The notes below the pieces were generated by a model. That model was not told the DNA's origin, did no database searches, and saw only the letters and a list, made by a program, of their open reading frames with translations. The position numbers and the translations under genes were made by a program. Of a stretch of DNA of 64,000 nt, positions 40,756 to 49,808 are shown piece by piece; within the stretch, counting starts at the first letter, position 1; every line of letters begins with the position of its first letter. This DNA is from a virus. The stretch is from the IMG/VR virus record IMGVR_UViG_3300024520_000057, positions 1 through 64,000 of that record; one strand, written 5' to 3'.

Positions 40756-41875
40756 AATATTGTCAGAATTGAAACCAGTTCTTGAATCAGGGTGGATTGG
40801 TCTTGGAGGGAAAACAAAGGAATTTGAAGACAAGTTTTCAGAATTTATAGGATGCAATCATTCAGTAGCTGTCAACAGTTGCACTGCAGCACTTCATTTA
40901 GCATTAATAATTGCTGGTGTAGCTGATGGAGATGAGGTGTTGACAACTTCTATGACATTTGTTTCCACGAATCATGTTATTCTGTATCAAAGAGCAATAC
41001 CAGTATTCTGTGATATTGATGATGTAACATTAGGAATACAATTTAGTGAGATACAGAGAAAGATTACGACGAAAACAAAGGCTATTGTTGTGGTTCATTA
41101 TGCAGGATATCCTGTAGATATGGAACCAATTTATGAATTTGCTAAGAAAAGGAATTTGTGGGTAATTGAGGATTGTGCTCATGCCTGTGGGGCACAATAT
41201 AATTTGAATAACAGAGTTGGCAATTGCAATGGATATGAAAAAAACATAGCATGCTTCTCTTTCCACCCAGTAAAGAACTTGCCTACAGGTGATGGTGGTA
41301 TGATAACAACAAACAACAAAGATGTATCAGACAGGTTGAGGAGGCTAAGATGGATGGGAATTGATAAGGATACATATGTTAGAACTGAGACAGGGGAAAA
41401 TGAGGGATATAATTGGATGTATCATGTTGGTGAGGTTGGATATAAGTATCATACCAATGATATTTTAGCTACAATAGCATTGGTTCAGCTAAAATACCTT
41501 GAGCAACACAATGCAATGAGAAGATTTATTTCAAGAATGTATTGTGATAGAATATGTGAGATGGTCAAAACTGATAAATTTGTTAGAGTTTTAAGCAGGG
41601 CTGAGGGAGATGATGGTAGATTATCAGCAGCACATACATTTCCAATTATGGTTAGAGACAGAGATGAGTTGGTAAAGAAATTCAATGAGAATAATATTTT
41701 TCCTGGAGTCCATTATTATCCAAATCACATGTATGATATTTACAAACCATACAGTGATACTGTATTACCAGTTACAGAAACAATTTGGAAAAAATTAATT
41801 TTACTTCCATTACATGTTATGATTAATAGGGAAGATGTTTTCAAAGTTGTTAGGGTGATGCAAGGAGGGTGGTAG
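40718..41875 (+). CDS. DegT/DnrJ/EryC1/StrS PLP-dependent sugar aminotransferase
   Basis: VNSCTAALHLAL, VHYAG, IEDCAHA, FSFHPVKNLPTGDGGM, GYKY, GVHY. Confidence 0.95.
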   Translation: MIQLFKPQMLVHEILSELKPVLESGWIGLGGKTKEFEDKFSEFIGCNHSVAVNSCTAALHLALIIAGVADGDEVLTTSMTFVSTNHVILYQRAIPVFCDIDDVTLGIQFSEIQRKITTKTKAIVVVHYAGYPVDMEPIYEFAKKRNLWVIEDCAHACGAQYNLNNRVGNCNGYEKNIACFSFHPVKNLPTGDGGMITTNNKDVSDRLRRLRWMGIDKDTYVRTETGENEGYNWMYHVGEVGYKYHTNDILATIALVQLKYLEQHNAMRRFISRMYCDRICEMVKTDKFVRVLSRAEGDDGRLSAAHTFPIMVRDRDELVKKFNENNIFPGVHYYPNHMYDIYKPYSDTVLPVTETIWKKLILLPLHVMINREDVFKVVRVMQGGW

Positions 41876-41876
41876 A

Positions 41877-42422
41877 TTGAACCAGTTAAGATTCAAAAGT
41901 GTTCTAAAGAATGTTTTTATTTGGCAGGACAGTGAATTTCTGAGAGTAACCAGAAGCCATCCTGATGTGGTGAGTTCACTTTTCCATTCTAAAAAAATCA
42001 CAAAAATTGAACAGGAAGAATGGTATGAAGGTGTGTATCAGCAAGATCCCAATTTTAGAATTTACATAGCATTCAATACAAAGTTTTCAAAACCAGTTGG
42101 GTATGTTCAGTTTCACATAGATAGCTTGATTCATAGAAGATGTGAAGTTGGGTATGTTGTATCACCTAATTTTTATGGAAATGGATATGGTGATAGAATG
42201 GTGAAGTGGTCAATCAATTGGGCAATAGGACAAGGAGATGATATCCATAGGCTTTTTTTAACTGTTTTCCCAGAAAATAAAAAAGCAATCCATATATATG
42301 AGAAAAATGGATTTGTCAAGGAATCACTGATGAAAGATTATGTGTTCAAAGATGGGAAATATAGAGATGTGGTGTTAATGGTTATGTTGTTAGAAAACCA
42401 GTCTTGTCAGGATGTGTTCTGA
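41877..42422 (+). CDS. GNAT (RimJ/RimL/PseH-like) N-acetyltransferase
   Basis: EVGYVVSPNFYGNGYG, VFPENKKAIHIYEKNGF, KDGKYRDVVLM. Confidence 0.88.
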   Translation: MNQLRFKSVLKNVFIWQDSEFLRVTRSHPDVVSSLFHSKKITKIEQEEWYEGVYQQDPNFRIYIAFNTKFSKPVGYVQFHIDSLIHRRCEVGYVVSPNFYGNGYGDRMVKWSINWAIGQGDDIHRLFLTVFPENKKAIHIYEKNGFVKESLMKDYVFKDGKYRDVVLMVMLLENQSCQDVF

Positions 42423-42478
42423 TTAAAATGATTTGTTTTTTTGTTATTGGGCATTAAGTTATATGAAAAGAGGATGTT

Positions 42479-43000
42479 ATGAATTGGATTAATCATGATT
42501 GTGCAGATATACAAGCAAAGATGACTCTTTACAGGGATGGTGCCCAGCATGGTAGAGCAAGAGAATGGTATGTTGAAAAAAGATGTCAATTTTATAATAA
42601 GATAAATGAGTCATTCAGGGATCAGATTGATTTGATTTTGCCATTTGGTAAAAATGCTGGGGTGAATGATGGTAGTCCAGTTAATTATGGCACCATAAAT
42701 CAGGCTCAATTTGATGTAGGTTATACAATTATTCAGTGGCTTGATGATGTGTGTAAAATTCTTGTCAATAATCAATTACCTGCAAATGAACAATACAACA
42801 ATAATGATATTAATAAAAGACAAAGTGATGAGACAGGAAGTCCAAGATTGATAGTTCACAGAAAAGCTCAAGCTGTAGCATTTTATCAAGCACAAGGAGC
42901 AGGTATGAAACAATTTATTGATGATTTAGTTGATTGGTTGGATTGGAAAATACAAAGTCATTATTCAGGATTTGATTTGAGAACATGGTTTACAAGTTAA
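42479..43000 (+). CDS. hypothetical protein
   Basis: 173-aa ORF with GAGG RBS in the late operon. Confidence 0.65.
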   Translation: MNWINHDCADIQAKMTLYRDGAQHGRAREWYVEKRCQFYNKINESFRDQIDLILPFGKNAGVNDGSPVNYGTINQAQFDVGYTIIQWLDDVCKILVNNQLPANEQYNNNDINKRQSDETGSPRLIVHRKAQAVAFYQAQGAGMKQFIDDLVDWLDWKIQSHYSGFDLRTWFTS

Positions 43001-45759
43001 TAGGATTTATTTTTATGGCACTTGTGTGGTTGGCTCCAGGTGATATAATATCTCACACCCAATCATCTCATAGAAATTGGGAAGATTGGGATGTAAGCAC
43101 ACCTGTTCCATCAGGAGCAATAGGAATATTGGTTCATGTTGATACCAGTGTAGGAACTGCTGGGAAATGGGGGATAAAAAAGAATGGTTCAACAGATGAT
43201 TTTCAAGGTTCTTCAGCTGATCCATTTCATTTTGTTCATGCTATTGGAATTGATGGAAATAGAATAGTTGAGACTATTGGTGATACCAATGATGTTAAGT
43301 TTACAGTAATTGCTTATTTTGATGCTGGTGCTTTCTTCTTTACTAATAGTCCAGCTACATTTACAAATACTGGAACAAGTGGTTATGAAACACATGATGT
43401 AACTGCTTATTCAGATGGTAGTGATGTAGCATTTTATTGTTTTTTTGATTGTGATTCAAGTTCAACAAGAAGAACAGAAGTGAGGAAAAATGGTTCATCA
43501 GATACATTTACAGGGGATGTGTCTAATCATGCAGTGTTAAGTTGTGGAGTAGATGCCAATGAAATATTTGAAATGAAAGTTCAGCAGATAACCAATGATG
43601 CCAGATATATTGGTTATTTGACAGATGATGGCAATATTACAGTTCCTACAGATGCTACATCATTTACAAATTCATCTGATGATACTTGGCAGAATTATAC
43701 ATTGCCAGCAGGAGCAACTAATGGTGCTTTTATTCATGTAGATGCTGCTGCTGATGGAGATAATATTGCATTTGGAATGAGACAGGATGGTGATACCACT
43801 ACTGCATGGATGCAGAATTTAATAGATATAACAGTTGGATTTAGTGAATATGCTATTTATGGAGATGCCAGCAGAGTAATTGAAACAAGAACTGCAGAAA
43901 GTGCAAATATAACATATTACATTAGAGCCTATTTTACAACAGCAGCAGGATTTACAACATATCAAGTAGCAGTAACAGATGGTGTGAAATTTTCTGATTC
44001 TGGTGTTGAGAATGCTATATTACAAGCATTGGTGACAGAACAAATTAATATGGGTGATACATCAGGTAATATTGCTCAATTTCTTGTAGAATTATCAGAT
44101 GGAGCAAAGTTTGGTGATTCTGCACTTGGTGTAAAAATATTACAGGCTATTGGTGTTGATGGAATGAAATTGGGTGATTCAGTTGCTGGTGCAAAATTAT
44201 TTGCTTCCTTAATAACAGATGGAATGAAATTGGGTGATGCCTTGTCAGTTCTTAAAACAGTGGCAGCAATAATCACAGATGGTATGAAGGTGGGAGATAC
44301 ACCTGTAGAAAATGCTATATTACAATCATCTGTAACAGATGGATTTAAGGTAGGTGATACAAATATAGCAACTAAGATAATTCAGTCATTGTTATCTGAT
44401 GGGTTTGAATTTGGTGATTCATCTCTTGCTGGTAAATTATTTGCAGTGTCTATTTCAGATGGATTTAAACTTAGTGATTCCAATGTAGCTACAAAAATTG
44501 TTGAAGCATTAATAGCTGATGGAATAGAAATAAGTGATATTAGTTTAACCACTAAAGCAATTCAAGCACTAATAACTGATGGAGCAAAGTTTGGTGATTC
44601 TTATGTAACAAATGCAATTGTTCAGGTATTATTATCTGATGGAGTGAAATTAGGTGATACTGTAATTGTAGGTAAGTTAATTCAAACCATAATTAGTGAT
44701 GGATTTAAGGTAGGTGATGCAAGTGTAGCTATAAAAATTGCTGAAGCATTGGTGAGTGATGGAATAGATATAGGTGATATTAATTCAACAACTAAAATAA
44801 TTCAGTCACTGCTGGCAGATGGATTTAAGGTAGGTGACACAGATGTAGCTACAAAAATTGTTCAAGCCTTGCTATCAGATGGAATTGATGTAGGTGATTC
44901 TGTAATTGTTGGTAAATTAATCCAATCTGTTATAGCAGATGGATTCAAGTTGGGTGATTCAGCATCATTCAATATGTTATTTGGTGCATTGTTAAGTGAT
45001 GGAATAAAGATGGGAGATGTTTCACTTGCTACAAAAATACTCCAGACTATAATGTCTGATGGAGTGAAGCTGGGTGATATTAATACAATAAATACCATAT
45101 ATCAGGTATTGGCTTCAGATGGATTTAAGTTTGGTGATTCTGTAATTGGTTCTATTGCAGGTGGAGCAATACAAGCAATAATTTCAGATGGTATCAAATT
45201 TAGTGATAATTCAAGTTTATTAGCAACATACCAAACAGAGATTACAGATGGTATTAAACTTTCTGAAACAGTTGAGTCACTTTTAAGGGCATTTGTTAGT
45301 GTTACAGATGGAGTAAAATTTGGTGATGCTTCTAATTGGAAAAGAATTGTAAGTGCTATGGCTTCAGATGGTATAAAATTAAGTGACAGTGCCTCTGGAA
45401 TTTTATTTCTATTAGCTAACTGTGTAGATGGAATAACACTATCAGATGTTGGTTCTATTTCAGCTACATTTCAAGTAAATGTATTGGATGCATTTCAGTT
45501 AGGAGATGCTGTAGCAAATATAACAAGATTTGCTGTTGCCCTGTCAGATGGGTTCAAGCTTGGTGATAGAACAGTTGAAATTTCCCAATTGGCATCAGGT
45601 GAGGTAAAAATAAGTTTTGTTGTGAAAAGTTCAACCTTAACATTCTTAATAAAACAATCAAATATTGATGTAACAGCTAAAAAATCAGTTGCATCTGTGA
45701 CAGCTAAAAAATCAAATATTGATGTTACAGCTAAAAAATCAAATACTGAATTAAATTAA
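42985..45759 (+). CDS. large repeat-containing virion fibre-like protein
   Basis: Three ~100-aa N-terminal repeats (KKNGSTDD/RKNGSSDT/RQDGDTTT), 27 x 20-aa DGxKxGD repeats, C-terminal VTAKKS repeats. Confidence 0.75.
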   Translation: MVYKLIGFIFMALVWLAPGDIISHTQSSHRNWEDWDVSTPVPSGAIGILVHVDTSVGTAGKWGIKKNGSTDDFQGSSADPFHFVHAIGIDGNRIVETIGDTNDVKFTVIAYFDAGAFFFTNSPATFTNTGTSGYETHDVTAYSDGSDVAFYCFFDCDSSSTRRTEVRKNGSSDTFTGDVSNHAVLSCGVDANEIFEMKVQQITNDARYIGYLTDDGNITVPTDATSFTNSSDDTWQNYTLPAGATNGAFIHVDAAADGDNIAFGMRQDGDTTTAWMQNLIDITVGFSEYAIYGDASRVIETRTAESANITYYIRAYFTTAAGFTTYQVAVTDGVKFSDSGVENAILQALVTEQINMGDTSGNIAQFLVELSDGAKFGDSALGVKILQAIGVDGMKLGDSVAGAKLFASLITDGMKLGDALSVLKTVAAIITDGMKVGDTPVENAILQSSVTDGFKVGDTNIATKIIQSLLSDGFEFGDSSLAGKLFAVSISDGFKLSDSNVATKIVEALIADGIEISDISLTTKAIQALITDGAKFGDSYVTNAIVQVLLSDGVKLGDTVIVGKLIQTIISDGFKVGDASVAIKIAEALVSDGIDIGDINSTTKIIQSLLADGFKVGDTDVATKIVQALLSDGIDVGDSVIVGKLIQSVIADGFKLGDSASFNMLFGALLSDGIKMGDVSLATKILQTIMSDGVKLGDINTINTIYQVLASDGFKFGDSVIGSIAGGAIQAIISDGIKFSDNSSLLATYQTEITDGIKLSETVESLLRAFVSVTDGVKFGDASNWKRIVSAMASDGIKLSDSASGILFLLANCVDGITLSDVGSISATFQVNVLDAFQLGDAVANITRFAVALSDGFKLGDRTVEISQLASGEVKISFVVKSSTLTFLIKQSNIDVTAKKSVASVTAKKSNIDVTAKKSNTELN
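43978..45570 (+). repeat. coding tandem repeat, 60-bp unit (~27 copies)
   Basis: GATGG...GGTGAT recurs every 60 nt from 43978 to 45118 (44038 degenerate), shifts by 9 nt, then continues 45187-45547. Confidence 0.9.
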
Positions 45760-45773
45760 TAAGGAGTAAAGTA

Positions 45774-46328
45774 ATGATTGATGTAAAAACAAATGTTAAC
45801 TTGCCACAGAATGGTAATAGAGCTGGTTTTGTTCTTGGTGGTGTATTTGATGTTGTCTGTAAGGACAAGAATGGCAAAATTAAATGGCAAGATAAAATTG
45901 AGAACTTGGTTGTTGATGAAGGATTGGATGATGTTCTTGATAAATATCTAAAGGGATCAGGTTATACTGCTGCATTTTATGTCCTTATAACCAATACTGC
46001 ACCTTCAGTTGCTGCTGGTGATACAATGGCAACTCATGCTGGTTGGACAGAAAATACAAATTATGATGAAGCAGTCAGACAGACATTAACACTTGGGGCT
46101 GTTTCAGGTCAGTCAGTAGATAATAGTGCCAGCAAGGCTGCATTTACTGTTGATACTAATGATCAAGTGATTGGTGGAGCTGTAATTGTAACTGATAGCA
46201 CTAAGGGGGGAACATCTGGAACTATATTTTGTGGTGGTGCATTTACTGGTGGTGATAAATCAGATGTGGATGATAATGATGTAATTGAGGTTACATACAC
46301 TGTAACTGCAGCAGATGATGGAGTGTAA
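45774..46328 (+). CDS. putative virion structural protein
   Basis: ENLVVDEGLD...YTVTA pattern seen in phage fibre-associated proteins; AAGGAG RBS. Confidence 0.65.
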   Translation: MIDVKTNVNLPQNGNRAGFVLGGVFDVVCKDKNGKIKWQDKIENLVVDEGLDDVLDKYLKGSGYTAAFYVLITNTAPSVAAGDTMATHAGWTENTNYDEAVRQTLTLGAVSGQSVDNSASKAAFTVDTNDQVIGGAVIVTDSTKGGTSGTIFCGGAFTGGDKSDVDDNDVIEVTYTVTAADDGV

Positions 46329-46331
46329 ATT

Positions 46332-46667
46332 ATGCCATCAAGTATAGCTTCAACATCTTATCCAATTGCAGGAGGAAGTATTGCCTTGGTAATAACATTC
46401 TATGATGAAGAAAGTGCTGAAGTAATACCTAACACTGCCAAATGGACATTGCTGGATGCTGATTATGCTGTAATTAATGAAAAAGAGGATGAAGCAATGG
46501 CAGCAGCAGCAGCAACTGAAACCATTCTTTTACAAGGAGCTGATTTGGTTGAGGGAAGTTGTTATGTCTTTGTGGAATGGACATATGATTCAACATTGGG
46601 CAATGATATTTTGGGAAATGACAAGATTAGTTTAGTTGTATTGCAAAATCCAAGACAGGAAGCATAA
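46332..46667 (+). CDS. putative virion adaptor (Ig/BppU-like) protein
   Basis: Small beta-rich acidic protein in the structural operon. Confidence 0.45.
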   Translation: MPSSIASTSYPIAGGSIALVITFYDEESAEVIPNTAKWTLLDADYAVINEKEDEAMAAAAATETILLQGADLVEGSCYVFVEWTYDSTLGNDILGNDKISLVVLQNPRQEA

Positions 46668-46670
46668 ATC

Positions 46671-47300
46671 ATGGCTAAAAAAGTTTATTATGCAGACGAA
46701 ATCAAGTCAGCTGATATTGCTGGAGTTGATATTACAGCAATATCGGAAGCAATGCTTGACATTGTTAATGATATAATCAATTCAAAGATAGGTGAATTCA
46801 TACAGACAGATAGTGTGGTGGAATTGCATGATATTAGAAGGGATAGGCAGAAAGAATTGATTTTGAAAAATATTCCTGTATTGACTGTTACAACTCTCAA
46901 GGATGGCATGAATACAGATACAGATCCAGTAACAGTAAACAGTAGCTATTATGTTGTTGATTTAGCTTCAGGGATTATACAGCTGACAGGTGTTCAGAAA
47001 GGTGCTTCATCTGATGATTCAGTTCCATATTTCACAAAGGGATTTAATACTGTTGAGGTGACTTATAATCATGGATATGCTGCTGTTCCAGATGATGTTA
47101 GAGGATTGGCAAATCTTATTCTTGCAAAGTGGGCAAAAATAAGAGATATTCAGGGCACATCTGGTGGATTAAAGAGTGTGTCTATTGGTGATTATAAAGA
47201 ATCTTATGATAACAGTTTTATGGAAGTGAAAACTGAATTTGATGAAATGATACAGATTCTTGTCAAAAAGTTAAAACATAAATATGCAAATTTGGTATGA
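46671..47300 (+). CDS. head-tail adaptor (SPP1 gp15/HK97 gp6-like)
   Basis: VEVTYNHGYAAVPDDV, LKSVSIGDYKESY. Confidence 0.8.
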   Translation: MAKKVYYADEIKSADIAGVDITAISEAMLDIVNDIINSKIGEFIQTDSVVELHDIRRDRQKELILKNIPVLTVTTLKDGMNTDTDPVTVNSSYYVVDLASGIIQLTGVQKGASSDDSVPYFTKGFNTVEVTYNHGYAAVPDDVRGLANLILAKWAKIRDIQGTSGGLKSVSIGDYKESYDNSFMEVKTEFDEMIQILVKKLKHKYANLV

Positions 47301-47635
47301 GTATTTTAGCAAGGCTGTTGAATAAGACTGTAACTGTAAAAAGATATGCATCTGTCAAGAATGCTTCAGGTGATTTATCAAAGACAAAAAGCACAATCTC
47401 TTCAACTGTTAAAATGAGAATAACGAGGAATACACTTCTTGGATCCAATCAAGAGTATGGTGTTATCTCAAAATCAACACACGAAGGATTTTGTAATAAT
47501 GGAATTGATATTGAGGTTGGAGATTTTGTGGTGGATGGGAGCGATGAATATCATGTTACATATGTTGATAAAAGTCCTGGAGGGACAACAAATCATTACC
47601 AAGTTTATATGATTTATGATGATGGTGGAATATAA
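47297..47635 (+). CDS. head closure/stopper protein
   Basis: Size, position, DIEVGDFVVDGSDEYHV motif. Confidence 0.7.
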   Translation: MSILARLLNKTVTVKRYASVKNASGDLSKTKSTISSTVKMRITRNTLLGSNQEYGVISKSTHEGFCNNGIDIEVGDFVVDGSDEYHVTYVDKSPGGTTNHYQVYMIYDDGGI

Positions 47636-48042
47636 TGGCTAATTTAAGAGGATTCAGTGGTGCAGCAGGTGGAAAATTTGCTGTAGTTGGAAGACGGCTT
47701 CCTGTTGCAGGAGGATTTAAAGGATTTTCAGCAGTCACTATGCTAAAAATTCATGAGGCAATGAATAAAGCTGTTATAATTTTGGAAGCTGAGGCAAAAA
47801 GAAAAATTACAAGTGGATATGAAAAGCCAGCTGTTGATACAGGAAGATTGAGAGCATCGATAGTTGGTCAAGCCACTTCTGCAGAACAAGGAAAGGCTGG
47901 AACATCAGTTTATTATGGAATTTATGTTCATGAGGGAACGAAAAGGATGCCACCCAGACCATTTTTGACAGATGCTCTGAATGATAAAAAGGAAGAAATA
48001 ATAGCAATGTTCAAAGCAGCAGTAAAGAAGGATTTTGGATAA
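47635..48042 (+). CDS. HK97 gp10-like neck/tail-completion protein
   Basis: AVDTGRLRASI, YGIYVHEGTKRMPPRPFL. Confidence 0.88.
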   Translation: MANLRGFSGAAGGKFAVVGRRLPVAGGFKGFSAVTMLKIHEAMNKAVIILEAEAKRKITSGYEKPAVDTGRLRASIVGQATSAEQGKAGTSVYYGIYVHEGTKRMPPRPFLTDALNDKKEEIIAMFKAAVKKDFG

Positions 48043-48509
48043 TGGCAAATGAAGTTTATTCAAAAGAAAATGTTTTATTAGAGTCATGTGTTACTATTTT
48101 AGAGGCAGATAATTCTGATACAGGGAATGATGTCAGAGAAATTGAATATTATGTTGCTGATAGAATTTATAGAAAACACGATAATTCAGCTGTTTTGCCA
48201 CAGTTGATAGTGAAGGTTCAAGCATCAAATTCTGATGTGTCAATTCCATCAAACAAATATATTCTTGAAGTTATGGGAGTGTATAAGATGGATGTAGATT
48301 ATGCACAGACGAATTTGAATAACTTGATGGCAAGAGTGGATTTTTTAATTAACAAAAAGCCTGTTCAGATGAATCTTGTTGTTCCAAGCAAAAATTTACG
48401 ATGCAGGCATGTTAATAAAATAAGTGCACTGTTATGGGATGATGTGGTTGAGAAAGTTTATTTCAGCTACATTAGATTTTTGGTCATTTGTGATGATGAA
48501 GATGTTTAA
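48042..48509 (+). CDS. putative tail terminator
   Basis: Position between gp10-like gene and tail tube; size. Confidence 0.6.
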   Translation: MANEVYSKENVLLESCVTILEADNSDTGNDVREIEYYVADRIYRKHDNSAVLPQLIVKVQASNSDVSIPSNKYILEVMGVYKMDVDYAQTNLNNLMARVDFLINKKPVQMNLVVPSKNLRCRHVNKISALLWDDVVEKVYFSYIRFLVICDDEDV

Positions 48510-48530
48510 TTTTAATTAAGGAGAAACACC

Positions 48531-48983
48531 ATGAGTGTTCAATTTGGTATTGCCACCATGACTTTTGGTGGTGTGAATATTGGTTACCTTCAGAATGTCA
48601 ATGTAGATTTTTCTTTTGAGGTTGCCAATTTGTTTGCAGGTGGAAATTTATTTCCAGTGGATGTTAGAACTCATACAGGAACATTGACAGGTTCAGCTGA
48701 ATTTGCTGATCTAACATCTCAAGCTTTTGAGAAAATATTGGGTGGAACCAGAACTGGAGATACGATTGATTTGGATAATGTTGATTCACCATCAACCTTT
48801 CAGATTGTTATTACACTGACAACTGATGGTATTGGATTTATTATAACTCTTGTGAAGTGTAGATCCACAAAGCTGAGTCTGGGATTTGTTAGGGATGGTC
48901 ATTTAATTCCTAATTTTGATTTCAGTGCTGAAGCTGATTCAGGTGGAAATGTTGCTACAGTAGATGTTGGTGATATAAGTTAA
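48531..48983 (+). CDS. major tail tube protein
   Basis: Beta-rich 150 aa, AAGGAG RBS, upstream of chaperone and tape measure. Confidence 0.75.
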   Translation: MSVQFGIATMTFGGVNIGYLQNVNVDFSFEVANLFAGGNLFPVDVRTHTGTLTGSAEFADLTSQAFEKILGGTRTGDTIDLDNVDSPSTFQIVITLTTDGIGFIITLVKCRSTKLSLGFVRDGHLIPNFDFSAEADSGGNVATVDVGDIS

Positions 48984-48998
48984 CAGTTCCCATCTTTA

Positions 48999-49074
48999 AT
49001 TCAGGGATGCAGATGGTTTGCAAATTCACTTCTTGCCTGTGGGATTGTGAATTTTGTCTGCATCCCGAATTTTT
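48999..49074 (+). terminator. long imperfect hairpin after tail tube gene (terminator or processing site)
   Basis: GGGATGCAGA/TCTGCATCCC outer stem, AAATTCAC/GTGAATTT inner stem, then TTTTT. Confidence 0.6.
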
Positions 49075-49101
49075 AATCCTAACTTAAAAAGGAGAACTAA
49101 A

Positions 49102-49497
49102 TTGGAAGAGAAAGAATTCAACGATATTTTGGGATATGGCAAAAAAATGAAGATATTTGTCAGCAAGAATGGTGATGGAAAAGAAGTTGAAGAAAGCTCT
49201 ATTGAGCTTCATTTCACACCTGTATCTTTAAAAGAATTGCCAACACTTCAAAAAAAGTTGGAAGAATGGTCTGATGCATCTGGAAAGGGTGCATTTAACA
49301 AACAAGCAATTACAGTTGCAGCAGAAATTATCAGAATGAGTCTGAAGAAAATGCATAGTGATTATACAACAGAAATGATATTGGAAACATTCACATATGG
49401 TGGACTTGCAAAGGCAATAACTATTGTTGTTGATCTGAATGATTTTTTATCAGACATGGGAGAGTTGAGCAAGTTGGTGAGCCAGATGAAAACATAG
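49102..49497 (+). CDS. tail assembly chaperone (G-like), TTG start
   Basis: AAGGAG before TTG 49102; slippery T TTT TTA at 49443-49449. Confidence 0.8.
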   Translation: MEEKEFNDILGYGKKMKIFVSKNGDGKEVEESSIELHFTPVSLKELPTLQKKLEEWSDASGKGAFNKQAITVAAEIIRMSLKKMHSDYTTEMILETFTYGGLAKAITIVVDLNDFLSDMGELSKLVSQMKT

Positions 49498-49808
49498 GAA
49501 TCAAGGAATTGGTTCACATGTTTGCAAAGGAATATAGTTGGTCAATAGAATATATAATGGATTTAACAAGAAGGCAAATGAATAGTTTATTGAAAGCAAA
49601 TGAGAACTTGAGAAAAATGGCTGATGGAAAGCAAGCAAGCCAGTCGTCAAATCTCCCTGATGGCAAGAAAAGTTCTTTGACAAATAAACTGCAGTTATTA
49701 ACAATGCCTGGATCAAGGATGACTGAAAGAGCAAAAAAAGCTTTCCTGAAATCAAAGGGAATTTCACAATTTTTAGATAAGGAAAAAAAGGAAAAGACTG
49801 ATGCCTGA
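49443..49808 (+). CDS. tail assembly chaperone -1 frameshift extension (GT-like)
   Basis: -1 frame is open from the slippery heptamer (FIRHGRVEQVGEPDENIGIKELVHMFAKEYSW...) to the stop at 49808. Confidence 0.8.
   Translation, partial: FFIRHGRVEQVGEPDENIGIKELVHMFAKEYSWSIEYIMDLTRRQMNSLLKANENLRKMADGKQASQSSNLPDGKKSSLTNKLQLLTMPGSRMTERAKKAFLKSKGISQFLDKEKKEKTDA

Noticed and set aside
35058-42422. Host O-antigen/capsule locus joined by misassembly
   Set aside because: Same strand, codon style and CpG depletion as the phage genes, a paralog overlaps TerL, and no flippase/polymerase/export genes are present
42985-43040. Signal peptide on the repeat fibre protein
   Set aside because: Hydrophobic stretch is short, overlaps the previous gene, lacks a clear cleavage site, and a downstream Met (MALVW) is an equally plausible start
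43978-45570. Regular 60-bp periodicity resembling a CRISPR array
   Set aside because: Lies inside one open frame, conserved at amino-acid level with synonymous variation; no invariant repeat, no cas genes
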